Positions 27,995-39,649 of a stretch of 64,000 nt of DNA are shown here, one piece after another. The first letter of the stretch is position 1, and each line of letters opens with the position of its first letter. The position numbers were made by a program, and so were the translations under genes. The stretch is from Octopus vulgaris (lineage: Eukaryota). Below the pieces are notes generated by a model. That model was not told the DNA's origin, did not search any database, and was given only the letters and a program-made list of their open reading frames with translations. The DNA lies in NCBI GenBank assembly GCA_951406725.2, contig OX597820.1, positions 65,720,001 through 65,784,000 on the forward strand. The letters are read 5' to 3'.

Positions 27995-28184
27995 ATGAAT
28001 TTTTTATATTTGACTCTATTGAATGCATGTCACATTTATGAACTACTACATCATACTCTTTAAACATATAGCATGGACTCGCTTTAATATATATGAATTT
28101 TTTATATTAGACTCTATTGAATATATGTCACAATTATGAACTATTACATCATACTCTTTAAACATATAGCATGAACTCTCTTTT
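27995..28184 (+). repeat. Tandem duplication, ~99-bp unit
   Basis: ATGAATTTTTTATATT.GACTCTATTGAAT...CTTTAAACATATAGCATG twice. Confidence 0.9.
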
Positions 28185-28421
28185 TTATATATAATTTTTC
28201 TTTGATAAGGTTCGTCATTTCAAGAACCAAAACATGTTAAATAAATAATGTATATATAAAACTTAAAATTTGTCTAATATAGCAGCATTTTCAAACTTCA
28301 TTTTTTACAAATATATATATATATATATATATTGATTGATTGATTGATTGATTCTAGTTTCAGCTTATGAGCTGTGGCCATGCTGGGGCACCGCCATTTG
28401 GTGTTGCTACTTGGTTTCACT

Positions 28422-31400
28422 TCATGGAGGCTTTCTAGCAACTGCTATTTGGTGCATGAGAGAGTTCGATGCAGCTGCCCTCATCTGCCCCTCCTGCCGT
28501 GAAGTTGGTTCATCTGGGACACCTGACAGGAAGAGATCCAGCTTCATTTTAAAGACATCTGTATCCACCCCATGCAGGTCTCTCAGGTTCTTCGGGAGGA
28601 TATTGAAGAGCTGTGGGCCTCGGAAGCCCAGGCTATCACAGAATCTTGTCCTACATCTTGATGGCAGGTTTGGAGTCCTAGGCACCACGCAGTGGCGCCC
28701 AGTTCTGGCATTTGCGTAACTCTCGATGCCAAAGTTCAGGACACTTCCCTCCAGGATCTTCCAGATGTATATTATGGCATATCTTTCCCGCCTACGCTCC
28801 AGGGAATATAATTTTAATCTCTTGAGTCTTTCCCAGTAGCTTACATTCTGCATAGAGGCTATCTTCTTTGTGTAGCTTCGTTGGATCGCCTCAAGTTCTG
28901 TGATCAACTTGACACTGGATGGTGACCATAGCTGAGAGCAATAGTCAAAGTGGCTTAGGACAAGTGTCTTCCAGAGGACCATCATGGTTTCTTGTTCTCT
29001 TGTTCTAAAGGTTCTAAGAATCCAGCCAGCCAGCCGTCTACATTTCATTGTCAGTTTAGCAACATGTACATGAAAGGTCGCGTCATCACTCATGTGAATA
29101 CCCAGGTCACGCACTGTTTGTGCCTCTGGGATTGCAATCCCTCCGGGTCCAGTGTATTCATTGGGTATTGCATTCAGTTTTGCATGCTGATAGTATAAAG
29201 CTTGAAACTTTCCAGCATTGAACTGCATGCTATTGTTTTTAGCCCACTTGTATATTTCGTCCAGCTCACATTGCAGGTGTTTAGTGTCCTCAGGGTTCTG
29301 TATTTCCTGTGAAACTTTTGTATCGTCTGCATAACTTGTGATCGTGGCTCTCTGCGTGGCTGAGGGCATGTCTGAGAGGGCCATTATGAACAGTAGTGGT
29401 CCCAGAACAGTGCCCTGCGGAACACCGCTCACTATTTGTGTGTTAATGGAGGTGGCCCCATTGGCTACTACCACCTGACTTCTATCCTTCAGAAAGTCAT
29501 GAAGCCATTCTCCCAGTTTTCCAACTATGTTGAGATCACGCAGTTTGTGACATATCATTCCATGATCGACTTTATCAAAGGCCTTTGCAAAGTCGAGATA
29601 TATCACTTCCACATTTGAGTGGTTGAGCAGCCGTTTCAGCACCCAGTCATAGTGTTGTAGGAGCTGAGTTAAACAGCTTCTCCCTGGTCGGAAACCATGT
29701 TGGGTGTCGGGCAGCAAGTCATTCTCTTCAAGGAAGGTGATCAGCTTCCTTCTGACTATTCGTTCCATGACCTTGCTGATGTGTGAGGTCAGAGAGATAG
29801 GTCTATAGTTCTTGGCTTCCGCTCTGCTACCTCCTTTATGAATGGGGCATATTTTACCTTCCTTCAGTTTTCCTGGAAGTTTGCCAGCTGCAAGGAAGCT
29901 CTGAAAGAGGAACTGCAGTGGTCTTGCTAGGACTCTCTTACATGCTTTTAGGAGGATTGCCGGGAATCCATCGGGGCCAGTAGCTGAGTCTGTTTTCATT
30001 TCATCTATAGCCTTGGTTACATCGTCTTCCTTTATATCGATGTAATCTATCGTCGCCGCCTCTGATTTTATATCTGCAATGGTAAAAAAGTCAGTTGGAT
30101 TGGTGATTTGGAGATGCCCAAGGGGTGGAGTGAAAACACTCTTGAATTGCTCATTCAGTATTTCACTTACCCTCATTGGTTTTCCTGTAAGTGTGCCATC
30201 CTTTTCGAGGAGTGGCCCTATTCTACAGTGCACTGTAGCTGTTTCTTTGGCATACCTGTAGAAAGCTCTGGGGTTAGATTTTATGTTTTCTATAGCCCAG
30301 GCTTCTTTGTCTGCTCTTTCTTTTTCATGGGAGAGTTGCAGACATTTTTCGATTTCCAACAGTTTTATTTTTAGGCGGGACTTTTCACTGCTTTCAATCT
30401 GTTTGTTTAGGCGATTTGAAAATTTCGTACGCCGTCTCATTAAAATTTTCCTCTCTCTGGGGATTTTGTTCTTGTGTACAGTGGCCTTTCTCTCTGGGAC
30501 ACATTTGTAGCATATGGCTTGCATTACAGACATGAATTGTTGAAGTTTCACGTCGATGTCTGGCGAGGAGAGACATTTAGGCCAGTTTTGTTTGAGGATC
30601 TCTTTCTCAATTTGTTTCCAGTTTGCCTTATGGTAGTTCAAGCTGGAAAGATTTTGAGGGTTTCTTGTAGGCTGCATGTCCGTGCTCTCTTTTGGCCCGT
30701 ACATGGTCAGCTCTATCATGTTGTGATCCGAGAGTAGTGTCGGTGTCACTTTCACATTATGGATGAGATCCATGTCATTTGTGAAGCAGAGATCCAGTGT
30801 GTTACCTGCCCTGGTTGGTTGGAGTATTACCTGCTCCATGTACAGGGTGTTGATGAGGTTCAGGAGGGACCTCGCCTGTCCTCGTTCACATCTTGTCATT
30901 CCTGGGAGAGAAAGGCCCTCGGGCCATCTAACATTGGGCAGATTGAAGTCTCCCATAAGAAGCACACCTATGTGTTGTTCTAATGTGGTTAGAATTTCTT
31001 CTATTTTTATAAGGCAGTCTTCAAACTTGCCCACATGGCTTGGGGCATCTGGAGGGCGATATGTAGCACACACAACTACATCAAGTTGCTTAATATGTAC
31101 AATTAGTGTGTCACACACCGAGTTTGAGTATGACAAGAGGACCTGGGGTGTGAGGTCCTCACGGATGTACATAGCAACACCTCCATGACTCCTTTCTTTC
31201 CTGTCGGTCCGTAGTACAGCATACTGTGGTATGTGTAACTCCGCATCTGCTATGTCCGGTTTCAGGTGCGTTTCTGTAAGTGCTATGCATATGGCTTGAT
31301 TGCATGCAACAAAGTCTCTCAGGAACGGGATCTTTGTCCTGTTACTGAGTGTTTGCAGTCCTCTGATGTTCAGTAGGAGTATCGAGGTGAGGTGTACGTT

Positions 31401-31526
31401 GTTGCCGGTGGTGTCCATCCTGTGTCTGTTTGCTGTGGTGGTCTGGTATATAGTGGGTAGTCCCACCTGCGGGCTTGGGTTTGATGAAGCCAGGTCAGCT
31501 GCTGTACAATCTTTTGTGCCATGCAC
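28422..31526 (-). CDS. LINE ORF2: APE endonuclease + reverse transcriptase, CR1/L2 (Jockey-group) non-LTR retrotransposon, uninterrupted 1034 aa
   Basis: APE motifs LLNIRGL, IALTETHL, GGVAMY, ATYRPP, LMGDFNLP, NTLDLCF, SDHNMI; RT motifs NYRPISLTS, QHGFRPGRSC, YLDFAKAFDKVDH, GVPQGTVLGPLLF, YADD; C-terminal DYCSQLWSP and YWERLKRLKLYSLERRRER typical of CR1-like elements. True start may be the later Met (MDTTGNN). Confidence 0.97.
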   Translation of the reverse strand: MHGTKDCTAADLASSNPSPQVGLPTIYQTTTANRHRMDTTGNNVHLTSILLLNIRGLQTLSNRTKIPFLRDFVACNQAICIALTETHLKPDIADAELHIPQYAVLRTDRKERSHGGVAMYIREDLTPQVLLSYSNSVCDTLIVHIKQLDVVVCATYRPPDAPSHVGKFEDCLIKIEEILTTLEQHIGVLLMGDFNLPNVRWPEGLSLPGMTRCERGQARSLLNLINTLYMEQVILQPTRAGNTLDLCFTNDMDLIHNVKVTPTLLSDHNMIELTMYGPKESTDMQPTRNPQNLSSLNYHKANWKQIEKEILKQNWPKCLSSPDIDVKLQQFMSVMQAICYKCVPERKATVHKNKIPRERKILMRRRTKFSNRLNKQIESSEKSRLKIKLLEIEKCLQLSHEKERADKEAWAIENIKSNPRAFYRYAKETATVHCRIGPLLEKDGTLTGKPMRVSEILNEQFKSVFTPPLGHLQITNPTDFFTIADIKSEAATIDYIDIKEDDVTKAIDEMKTDSATGPDGFPAILLKACKRVLARPLQFLFQSFLAAGKLPGKLKEGKICPIHKGGSRAEAKNYRPISLTSHISKVMERIVRRKLITFLEENDLLPDTQHGFRPGRSCLTQLLQHYDWVLKRLLNHSNVEVIYLDFAKAFDKVDHGMICHKLRDLNIVGKLGEWLHDFLKDRSQVVVANGATSINTQIVSGVPQGTVLGPLLFIMALSDMPSATQRATITSYADDTKVSQEIQNPEDTKHLQCELDEIYKWAKNNSMQFNAGKFQALYYQHAKLNAIPNEYTGPGGIAIPEAQTVRDLGIHMSDDATFHVHVAKLTMKCRRLAGWILRTFRTREQETMMVLWKTLVLSHFDYCSQLWSPSSVKLITELEAIQRSYTKKIASMQNVSYWERLKRLKLYSLERRRERYAIIYIWKILEGSVLNFGIESYANARTGRHCVVPRTPNLPSRCRTRFCDSLGFRGPQLFNILPKNLRDLHGVDTDVFKMKLDLFLSGVPDEPTSRQEGQMRAAASNSLMHQIAVARKPP

Positions 31527-31763
31527 AAAAAAGATTGTTGCTCAGCAGCTGCTCTTTCGACAACATCATGTTGGCTGTTTGTGGCGCGCACAACATCTGC
31601 GTACCTCCGCTTTGGGGCAGGTGGTGCGTGGTCCATCCCTTTTCTTTGTGTTGATGGTTTGTCCATCTGCCTCGTGTCTCTGTGGCAGGGTCCCCGATGT
31701 GCAAAGCGGCAGCCTGCACCTTCCTTTCCATGCCAGCAGGAACCTCTCAGGTAGAACATACAC

Positions 31764-31765
<2 letters not shown>
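31370..31765 (-). CDS. LINE ORF1 remnant (probably 5'-truncated) with a CCCH zinc finger
   Basis: C-MFYLRGS-C-WHGKEGAG-C-RFA-H (C-x7-C-x8-C-x3-H) at the N-terminus; ORF overlaps the start of ORF2 in another frame and begins right at the microsatellite junction. Confidence 0.7.
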
Positions 31766-31840
<75 letters not shown>

Positions 31841-32075
31841 TGTGTCTGTGTGTGTATCTGTGTGTGTGTGTGTGTGTGTATAAGTCCACGGAACTTCATC
31901 CTCATATACACATAGCTGTCTGCATCCATGCTTATATATTTAGACATTTATACTTATAAATATAGTGTATATATACAGGCATACTTTCACACTCCCGCAG
32001 ATACGTATCTACATATATACATGTACAGATATATGTATGTATGTGTGTATAGATAGATAGATAGATAGATAAATG

Positions 32076-32125
<50 letters not shown>

Positions 32126-32126
32126 C

Positions 32127-32157
<31 letters not shown>

Positions 32158-32449
32158 CATGCACATCTTTCTATTACACACCTACAACCGCAGATATACA
32201 AGTATATGCATATCCCTACAAAAGAAGGGGACGTGTGCATGAAAGTCGCACATATGCACCAGACAGTCTTACACTCATATACATACGTATACTCATACAC
32301 ATATATACACACGCGCACGCATATACATATAAAATATATACATACCTATACATATACTCACACACGTACGCATTCACACAATTAAAAAGTAAAAATGAAA
32401 AATATATGTATAAAAATAAAAAAATTGAAGACATTCTTTTTTTTTAATC

Positions 32450-32730
32450 TTTTTTACTTGTTTCAGTCATTTGACTGCAGCCATGCTGGAGCACCGCCTT
32501 TAGTCGAGAAAATCGAACCCAGGACTTATTCTTTGGAAGCCTAGTACTTATTCTATCGTTGTCTTTTGCCGAACCGATAAGTTATGGGGACATAAACACA
32601 CCAGCATCCACTCACAAGGCTTTATTCGGCCCGAGGTTATAGTAGAAGACACTCGCCCGAGGTGCCACGTGGTGGGACTGAACCCGGAACCATGCGGTTC
32701 GCAAACAAGCTACTTACCACACAGCCGCAT
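32450..32730 (-). mobile_element. SINE family 1 copy lacking the central microsatellite
   Basis: A-box-like GGCTGTGTGG, B-box GGTTCAGTCCC, tail GGCGGTGCTCCAGCATGGCTGCAGTCAAATGACTGAAAC. Confidence 0.88.
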
Positions 32731-33352
32731 GGAAAGCTTGTGCAGGAACATACTAAAAATTCGGATTCTATCCGTGATCATGGAGTGGGGGCCAAAACCG
32801 TAACAGATATTTTGTCACATATGGACATAACCCAAAAAGTTCGTCGTTAGTGCAACACCCATCACGGCTAAGCCACCACACTCACGCATAAATACGCGCG
32901 CGCGTATATGTACACTATTTATTATCATACTCATGTAATCACGAATTTAGGAATATGGGGGTGGAAAATGAACAGACTCACTAATATAACTCGAAACATT
33001 ATAATGTTTACCAAGTCTTTATTCACGTTACCAAATTCGCTGTTTGCTCAAGATTTTCCTTCTCGAAACAGGTTTATAAATGTTTACTGCTTTATAACTT
33101 ATCTGCTAAATCCCTGATCTTACTTGTCTTTCTAGTTTCACAGATAATTAGCTGGAACCAGTAAAAGGATTTAAAAAGTAGATCGTCAGCTAGTTAGCAC
33201 TTGTCGGACAGGTTAGTTCAAACAAATTCAATCAAGGTAAGACATCACACACATTCATTCTAAGTTTGCAGCACTGAGCATAACTCACCGAAAATGGAAT
33301 ATAGAATCTATCGAAATGTGTTGTGTATGTGTGTGTATATATATATATACAT

Positions 33353-33548
33353 AAATTATAATTTAGGGTGTCTAAGAGATACCTCCACACTGGAAATAGC
33401 AGCCAAAACTTGACTCTAAAACCAAATTAAATGTTTATACAGCACCACTCTCCTGGTGCTGTATGAACAGTTAATGTGGTTTTAGAGTCAAGTTTTGGCT
33501 GCTATTTCCAGTGTGGAGGTATCTCTTAGGTACCCTAAATTATAATTT
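33353..33548. repeat. Near-perfect palindrome, 95-bp arms, 6-nt loop
   Basis: Arms 33353-33447 and 33454-33548, about 5 mismatches by eye, loop CTCTCC; diverged solo arm at ~63080-63160. Confidence 0.95.
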
Positions 33549-34200
33549 TAATAATATTTCCTTTGAGGGATTTTATTCCCATGCTGGCCACTTGATAAGA
33601 TCGATATTTAAATCAACGATCTTATCCTTTATATATATATATATTTATATATTTAAATAATGAGGGAGATAAATTGAATATTTATTTGATTAATATCAAT
33701 TTAAAACCAGTTGCCTAGTATATAAAAAATCTGAAAAATTAGAGAAAATGTCAATACATGTGTATATTTAGAGCTAAAAATCCACTATGTGGACAGCCAT
33801 ATGCTAGAAGAACATCACATACGATCTAACTACAAAGAAAGAATGTTCTCCAGAGAAAATTCAGCGAACACCAGAACATAGGCGGGTAAGTCATGAAAAT
33901 TACATAAAAATCAATAATTAATCGTATACCGGTTTCTTCTATTACCGAATAAATTACTTACGTAATCCTTCGTCCGTAGATTCATCAATGCGATCGTTCC
34001 AAATTCAATATAATTTGCAAAATTAAACACTAGTTTTCTGTATAAAACCAGACACGTGCTTAAGGATATAGAAGATACTTTTCCCATGCTGCAAATAGAC
34101 GTCAAATCGTCAAGCCATTTAAAAATTATCATTTTTTTTATAGTACACAGTGTGCTGAAATCGAGCGAGTCGGCTCGCAGAAATTCATAAATTAGTTAAC

Positions 34201-34252
34201 CTTGAATTGATCAATTTCTGGCATAGTCCAATAACTTTTCCTCATCAGCAAG
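34201..34252 (-). ncRNA. Type I hammerhead ribozyme candidate (Penelope-like) with intact core
   Basis: CUUG-CUGAUGA-GG..CC-A-GAAA-UUGAUCAA-UU/CAAG: helix I CUUG/CAAG, imperfect helix II, palindromic helix III AUUGAUCAAU. Confidence 0.65.
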
Positions 34253-34284
34253 ACATACTTAGGGAAATGAATAAGATATCTATG

Positions 34285-35233
34285 CGAGGAGGTATCATAA
34301 AGTTGCTGGTCTAGTTCTGTAGCGCGCCAACAGATGGTAGCACACGACTGCGTGCGCAGTGAGAGGTAGCAGTGACCTTCATGAGACAGTGTACTGAGTG
34401 ACATCGTGGAGAAAATTCATCAGCTTGTGCATGAGGAACATCGGACGACAACCAGCAACATTGTTAATGTTGTTTGTCTGCCGTATAGGTCCGTGCGAGC
34501 AATCCTAACATCTGGATTCTTCACGATGACAATGCACCCTGTCACCGAGCCGTTCTCACTCGTGAGTTACTCGCCAAAAACGACATGGTATCGCTTCTGC
34601 TCCCGCGCTATTTGCCAGATTTAGAAACCTGCAGACTTCTATCTCTTGCCCAAGAGGAAAATGCAGTTCAAAGGTTTCCCTTTTGATATCGTTGTAGAGA
34701 TCGAGAACGAATCGCCGATGGCCTTCCACTTGCTTACGGAAAACGACTTCCAGGCCGGATTTCAAAATTGGCAGGAACCCTGGGTCCAGTGTATTGCTGT
34801 GCAACGTGACGATATTGTTGATGTTGTTTGTCTGTAGTATGGGTCTGTTCGAGCAATCCTAACATCTGGATTCTTCACCTCGACAATACACGCTGTCACC
34901 GAGCCGTCCTTACTCGTGAGTTACTCGCCAAAAACGATATGGTATCGCTTCTGCTCCCGCCCTATTTGACAGATTTAGAAACCTACAGACTTCCATCTCT
35001 TGCCCAAGAGGAGAGTGCCGGTCAAAGGTTTCCCCTTTGATATCGTTGTAGAGATCGAGAACGAATCGCCGATGGCCTTCCACTTGCTTACCGAAAACGA
35101 TTTCCAGGCCGGATTCCAAAATTGGCAGGAACCCTGGGACCAGAATATTGCTGCGCAACGTGACTATTTCGAAGGAGATGCTGTTAAAACTTATTAAACA
35201 TAATGAGTTCAGGAACCTTTTAATGCCAACTCG
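34285..35233 (+). mobile_element. Degenerate mariner with internal ~354-bp tandem duplication
   Basis: Imperfect TIRs CGAGGAGGTATCATAAAGTT / AACCTTTTAATGCCAACTCG; VEKIHQLVHE HTH remnant; WILHDDNAPCH and WQEPW..CIA..DYFEGD; block ~34457-34810 repeated at ~34811-35165. Confidence 0.88.
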
Positions 35234-35945
35234 TGCGAAAAAGAGTAGAACACAATTATGGCCTAGGTAATTTACATAATTTTAACAAGGATACATACAC
35301 AAATACATACATACAATTACATACAAAAAAATATGAATGAATTTAGAATTTGGCAAGTCGGTTATTCAACAGAATTAATGTTGCCGTTATTTCTCTTATC
35401 AAAAAGAATTAGACGAGTTAGATTCATAGTAAAATATCAGGTAATTTAAAGTGCGTCAACTCTTTTTAGAACACAGAAGCAAATTTTGTTGTTTAAGATG
35501 TTATTGTTGTTGAATGTATTTCAAGCGAATTAATATTTAAACACAAAGTATATTTAAAATAAAGGCATTTACGGAAGTATTCATTTCAATGGAGATTTGT
35601 TTTGTGGTAGAAGTGTGCGACTACGGAAAAGATAACCACAGGATATTGGATTCGGGGATATGCTAACATATGAAGGAAGATTATATGTGCATATTATCAA
35701 AGAAGATTATATATGCATAAATATGCATACACACGTACGTGTATTTACAGGCAAGTATGTATGTGCATAAATGTTCATATATATATATCTATACGTGTGT
35801 ATGCATGTGAGTGTGGGCGTATACACACGTACGTGTGTTTGCAGGCAAGTATGTATGTGCGTAAATGTTCATATATATATATACACGTGTGTGTGCATGT
35901 GAGTGTGGGCGTTTTTACACACGTACATATATCTATATTCATATA

Positions 35946-35976
<31 letters not shown>

Positions 35977-36050
35977 GCGTGTGCCCGTGTGAGTGTGTGT
36001 GTGTGTGTGCGTATATACGTTTGTGCACATACATTTATATATGTATATAT

Positions 36051-36136
<86 letters not shown>

Positions 36137-36216
36137 ATATATGCGTGTGCCCGTGTGAGTGTGTGTGTGTGCGCGTATATACGTTTGTGCACATACATTT
36201 ATATATGTATATATGT

Positions 36217-36257
<41 letters not shown>

Positions 36258-37344
36258 CATATATATGCATTTATATATTTACATACATGTATGTATATAT
36301 ATATGTATGTGTGTATGTACATACATATGTATATATGTGCATATATACATACATACATGCATACATATATACATACATACATACATGCATACATACATTC
36401 ATACATACATATATATATGAGCATGTTTATGGGGGGGGGTATATAATTATTTAATTATTGAACTTGGAATTTACAGTCTTCTTTTAAACCACCAATTTAT
36501 TAAGTTTCATTAATTTTATTTATCTTTTCTACTCTAGTTAAATTCTTTATAACTTGTCTCCTTTTTTCTATTTCTAATTGAGCATATTTTTTTGTATTAT
36601 TTAATTCATCTCTATTTTATTTTAATCCACTTTAACTTTATCTTATGTTAATAATATATATTCTAATTCCTATTCCTTTGCATTCACATTCTTAGAATTT
36701 CTCTTGGATTTACATCATTTGTTTTCTACGTAATGCATTTCGTTAGATAATACCATTGTTCCAATATATAACAAACTGTACTCTATAACATCTAATTTAC
36801 ACTCCTACGTGTTATTAAAATAATACAATTTTGTAAAAGATGTTATTTAAAGATATCTATGTTATTCATTGAACTCTTTGCACATTTATAGAAGAAAAAG
36901 ATTTCTTCATTTTTTAAATTTTAATTTACTTATATTATTTATATACTTTTTTGCTGGAAAATCAAGAAGAGAAATTCAATTAAATTTATCCATTTTCTCT
37001 CAAACATACATGCATATATACGCACACAAACACACGCACATACACATACATAGCTATATATACATAAACACACACACACACATTCACACATACACACACA
37101 CATACATACACACACACACACTTATTCATAGCCGTAATTTGCCAGGAATAATGTTATATTGCGTTATATAGGATTGTACTTTTATTTCCTGAAAATGAAG
37201 ACGGTTATATTAAAGCCAATTCATGGGCAAGTTGTTAATATATATATATATATATATATACACATATGCTTGCAGGTATGTGATTGTACATGTGCGTGAG
37301 GGTGCAACTAAATCTGCCTGCATTTGTGTGAGAGAGAGAGTATG

Positions 37345-37440
<96 letters not shown>

Positions 37441-37458
37441 ATATATTATGTGTGTGTG

Positions 37459-37508
<50 letters not shown>

Positions 37509-38401
37509 TCTCTATATATATATGTAATTTAGCCCCAGGAGACATCGTCTCCAGCTCGCTATACGACACGATCTGTGTCCTTGCATTTTCGAACAAGGGA
37601 ATCTAGCCCACAAAACAATACCTGTGAATCATGATTTCTGGGTTATTTCACTTCATCCAGAACTGCCATGTTAATATGGCAAACAATCTTAACTACAAAG
37701 TACTGTTGCTGAATATCTCACGTTCTGAGATTTAAAAATAGTAATTTTCTAATCATTCATAGAGTTCGAATGAAAAATATTTTGAAATGAAATAACACAT
37801 TATAGAAAAGCGAAAGAACACAAAGAAATAAACAAACCAACTAATATTTGAGATGCTGTATGCTATACCAACAAAACAATGAAGAGGTCACCACAAGAAA
37901 GTAACATTTATCAGCGTAGTCAACAAACCCCAATGTATAGCAGCAGTACTTGACCTCCTGTTGAGCTCAGAATTTACTGAAGATAGTAATGCCTTAAAGG
38001 AAATCAAACACAAACATGTACAAACCCATCCTTAAAATCTGCTGAATGAATAGCAAAATAAATCCAGCAACACCACACACACTTCCATCCGTATATAACT
38101 ACCATTCTTTCCTCTATTCCCATCAACTTCAGCTTCTCCCCCACCAAATACACACAGAAACACCCGCATAACCCGTTTGCCCTTAAGACTGGTAAAAAGA
38201 GGAAAACATCCTTCGTTGGTTCATCTACTAATGAGAAATCGCCTGAAGAAATGAATAAATGATGATGATCAACCGGAAGCTCACGGATAATACAGACTAC
38301 ACTGTAATCATCCCAGGAATACGGACTGTGATCTTAAAAGTCACGTGATTTGTGGAAACGCAGGTAGCGATGCATTAAATACTTATAAATTCCATCCTAG
38401 G

Positions 38402-39430
38402 ATTATTATTATTATTATTTTTTTTTTTTTTTTTTTCTTCTTTCAAATTTGCTTCCATTTCTTGCCGAGTGTCTTCCCGACTCCTAGGGCAAAGAAACTC
38501 ATAGTGTACATTGGTAGGCCATTAGACTAAACAATAGTTCGTTCATTTTTTTTTTTAAGTTAAATTAAAATACATGAGCAGCAACAGTTCTCACATCGAC
38601 AATGCTCTTCTCAATACGTGTGATGTACCAGTTAAGACAATCTTTTGCACTTCTTGCAGGGATGGTAAGCCAGGGATCATTCTCATATAATTTTCGGTTC
38701 CCTTCTTGATCATTCCTAGTGCTCCTACGATCACTGGTATTGTAACCGCCTTGAGATGCCACATTTTCTCAATTTCAATGAGTAGGTCTTTATATTTTCT
38801 GAGCTTGTCAAACTCTTTCGCTGAGATATTATGATCACAGGGGATGCTCATGTCGATCAATAAGCAAACTTTATTGTTTTGGTCTTTCACAACAATATCT
38901 GGTTTATTGGCCTTGATGGTTCGGTCTGTATGTACTGGAAAGTCCCACAGAATGGTTACATTTTCTCCTTCAGTTACAGCCTCAGGGTGGTGATTATACC
39001 ACTTGTCGGCAGTTTTGATATTGTAATGCCGACTTATTAGCCAGTGGAGATATTGGCCAACTCTGTCATGTCTTAATTTATACTCCACTGGTGCTAAGAC
39101 TTTACATCCAGAGATTAGGTGGTCCACTGTTTCAATCATGTCGTTGCAGAATCGGCATTTTGGGTCTCCTCCATTTTCATCACATTGGCCTGGTAGTTCC
39201 GGGTTAATAGGCTTTGATCTTGAGCAGCCAGGATGAAACATTCGCTCTCTGCTTTTAGCCCTGAGCTCCGTAGCCACTGATGGGTTTGCTTCTGGTCAAC
39301 ATCAGCTTGTTTGCTGCGGGTCACATATTTGCCGTACAGAGGTTTCTCCTCCCACCTATCAACCAATTGCTCGTGCGCTTTTTTCATTGCCATCATTTTC
39401 ACCTTCTTTGCAACAATAGTTGCCGTAAGA
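38402..39430 (-). mobile_element. R4/Dong-clade non-LTR retrotransposon 3' fragment (CCHC knuckle + restriction-like endonuclease), one frameshift
   Basis: CRFCNDMIETVDHLISGC, RHDRV, ILWDFPV, NKPDIVV..LIDMSIP..KLRKY, IPVIVGALG; poly(A) tail abutting (TAA)n at 38402-38417; ORFs 39136-39441 and 38591-39277 join by a frameshift. Confidence 0.92.
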
Positions 39431-39588
39431 GTGCAGTGCATGTCAGATAAGTGACACTGGGGTAAAATATACGAAGCCCAGTATACCCATCATGGCTATA
39501 CGTCTGATAAGGGTACATCAGGCACATCACAGCTTATTTTGCTGGGTACGATGGAAAGTATCAACTGTCCACAGCAAACACACTAATC

Positions 39589-39649
<61 letters not shown>

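Larger units (their letters stand above)
28332..31765 (-). mobile_element. Young CR1/L2-group LINE copy, 5'-truncated, (AATC)n 3' tail, inserted in a (TA)n/(TG)n microsatellite
   Basis: ORF1+ORF2, short 3' UTR, (GATT)n at 28332-28353 on + strand; flanks are (AT)n on the left and ATATATA-(TG)n on the right. Confidence 0.92.

Noticed and set aside
28348-31959. Plus-strand ORFs overlapping the LINE
   Set aside because: Antisense shadows of ORF1/ORF2 with no independent motifs.
32670-32730. tRNA genes at SINE heads
   Set aside because: Only A/B-box-like remnants; no complete cloverleaf and each is fused to a SINE body.
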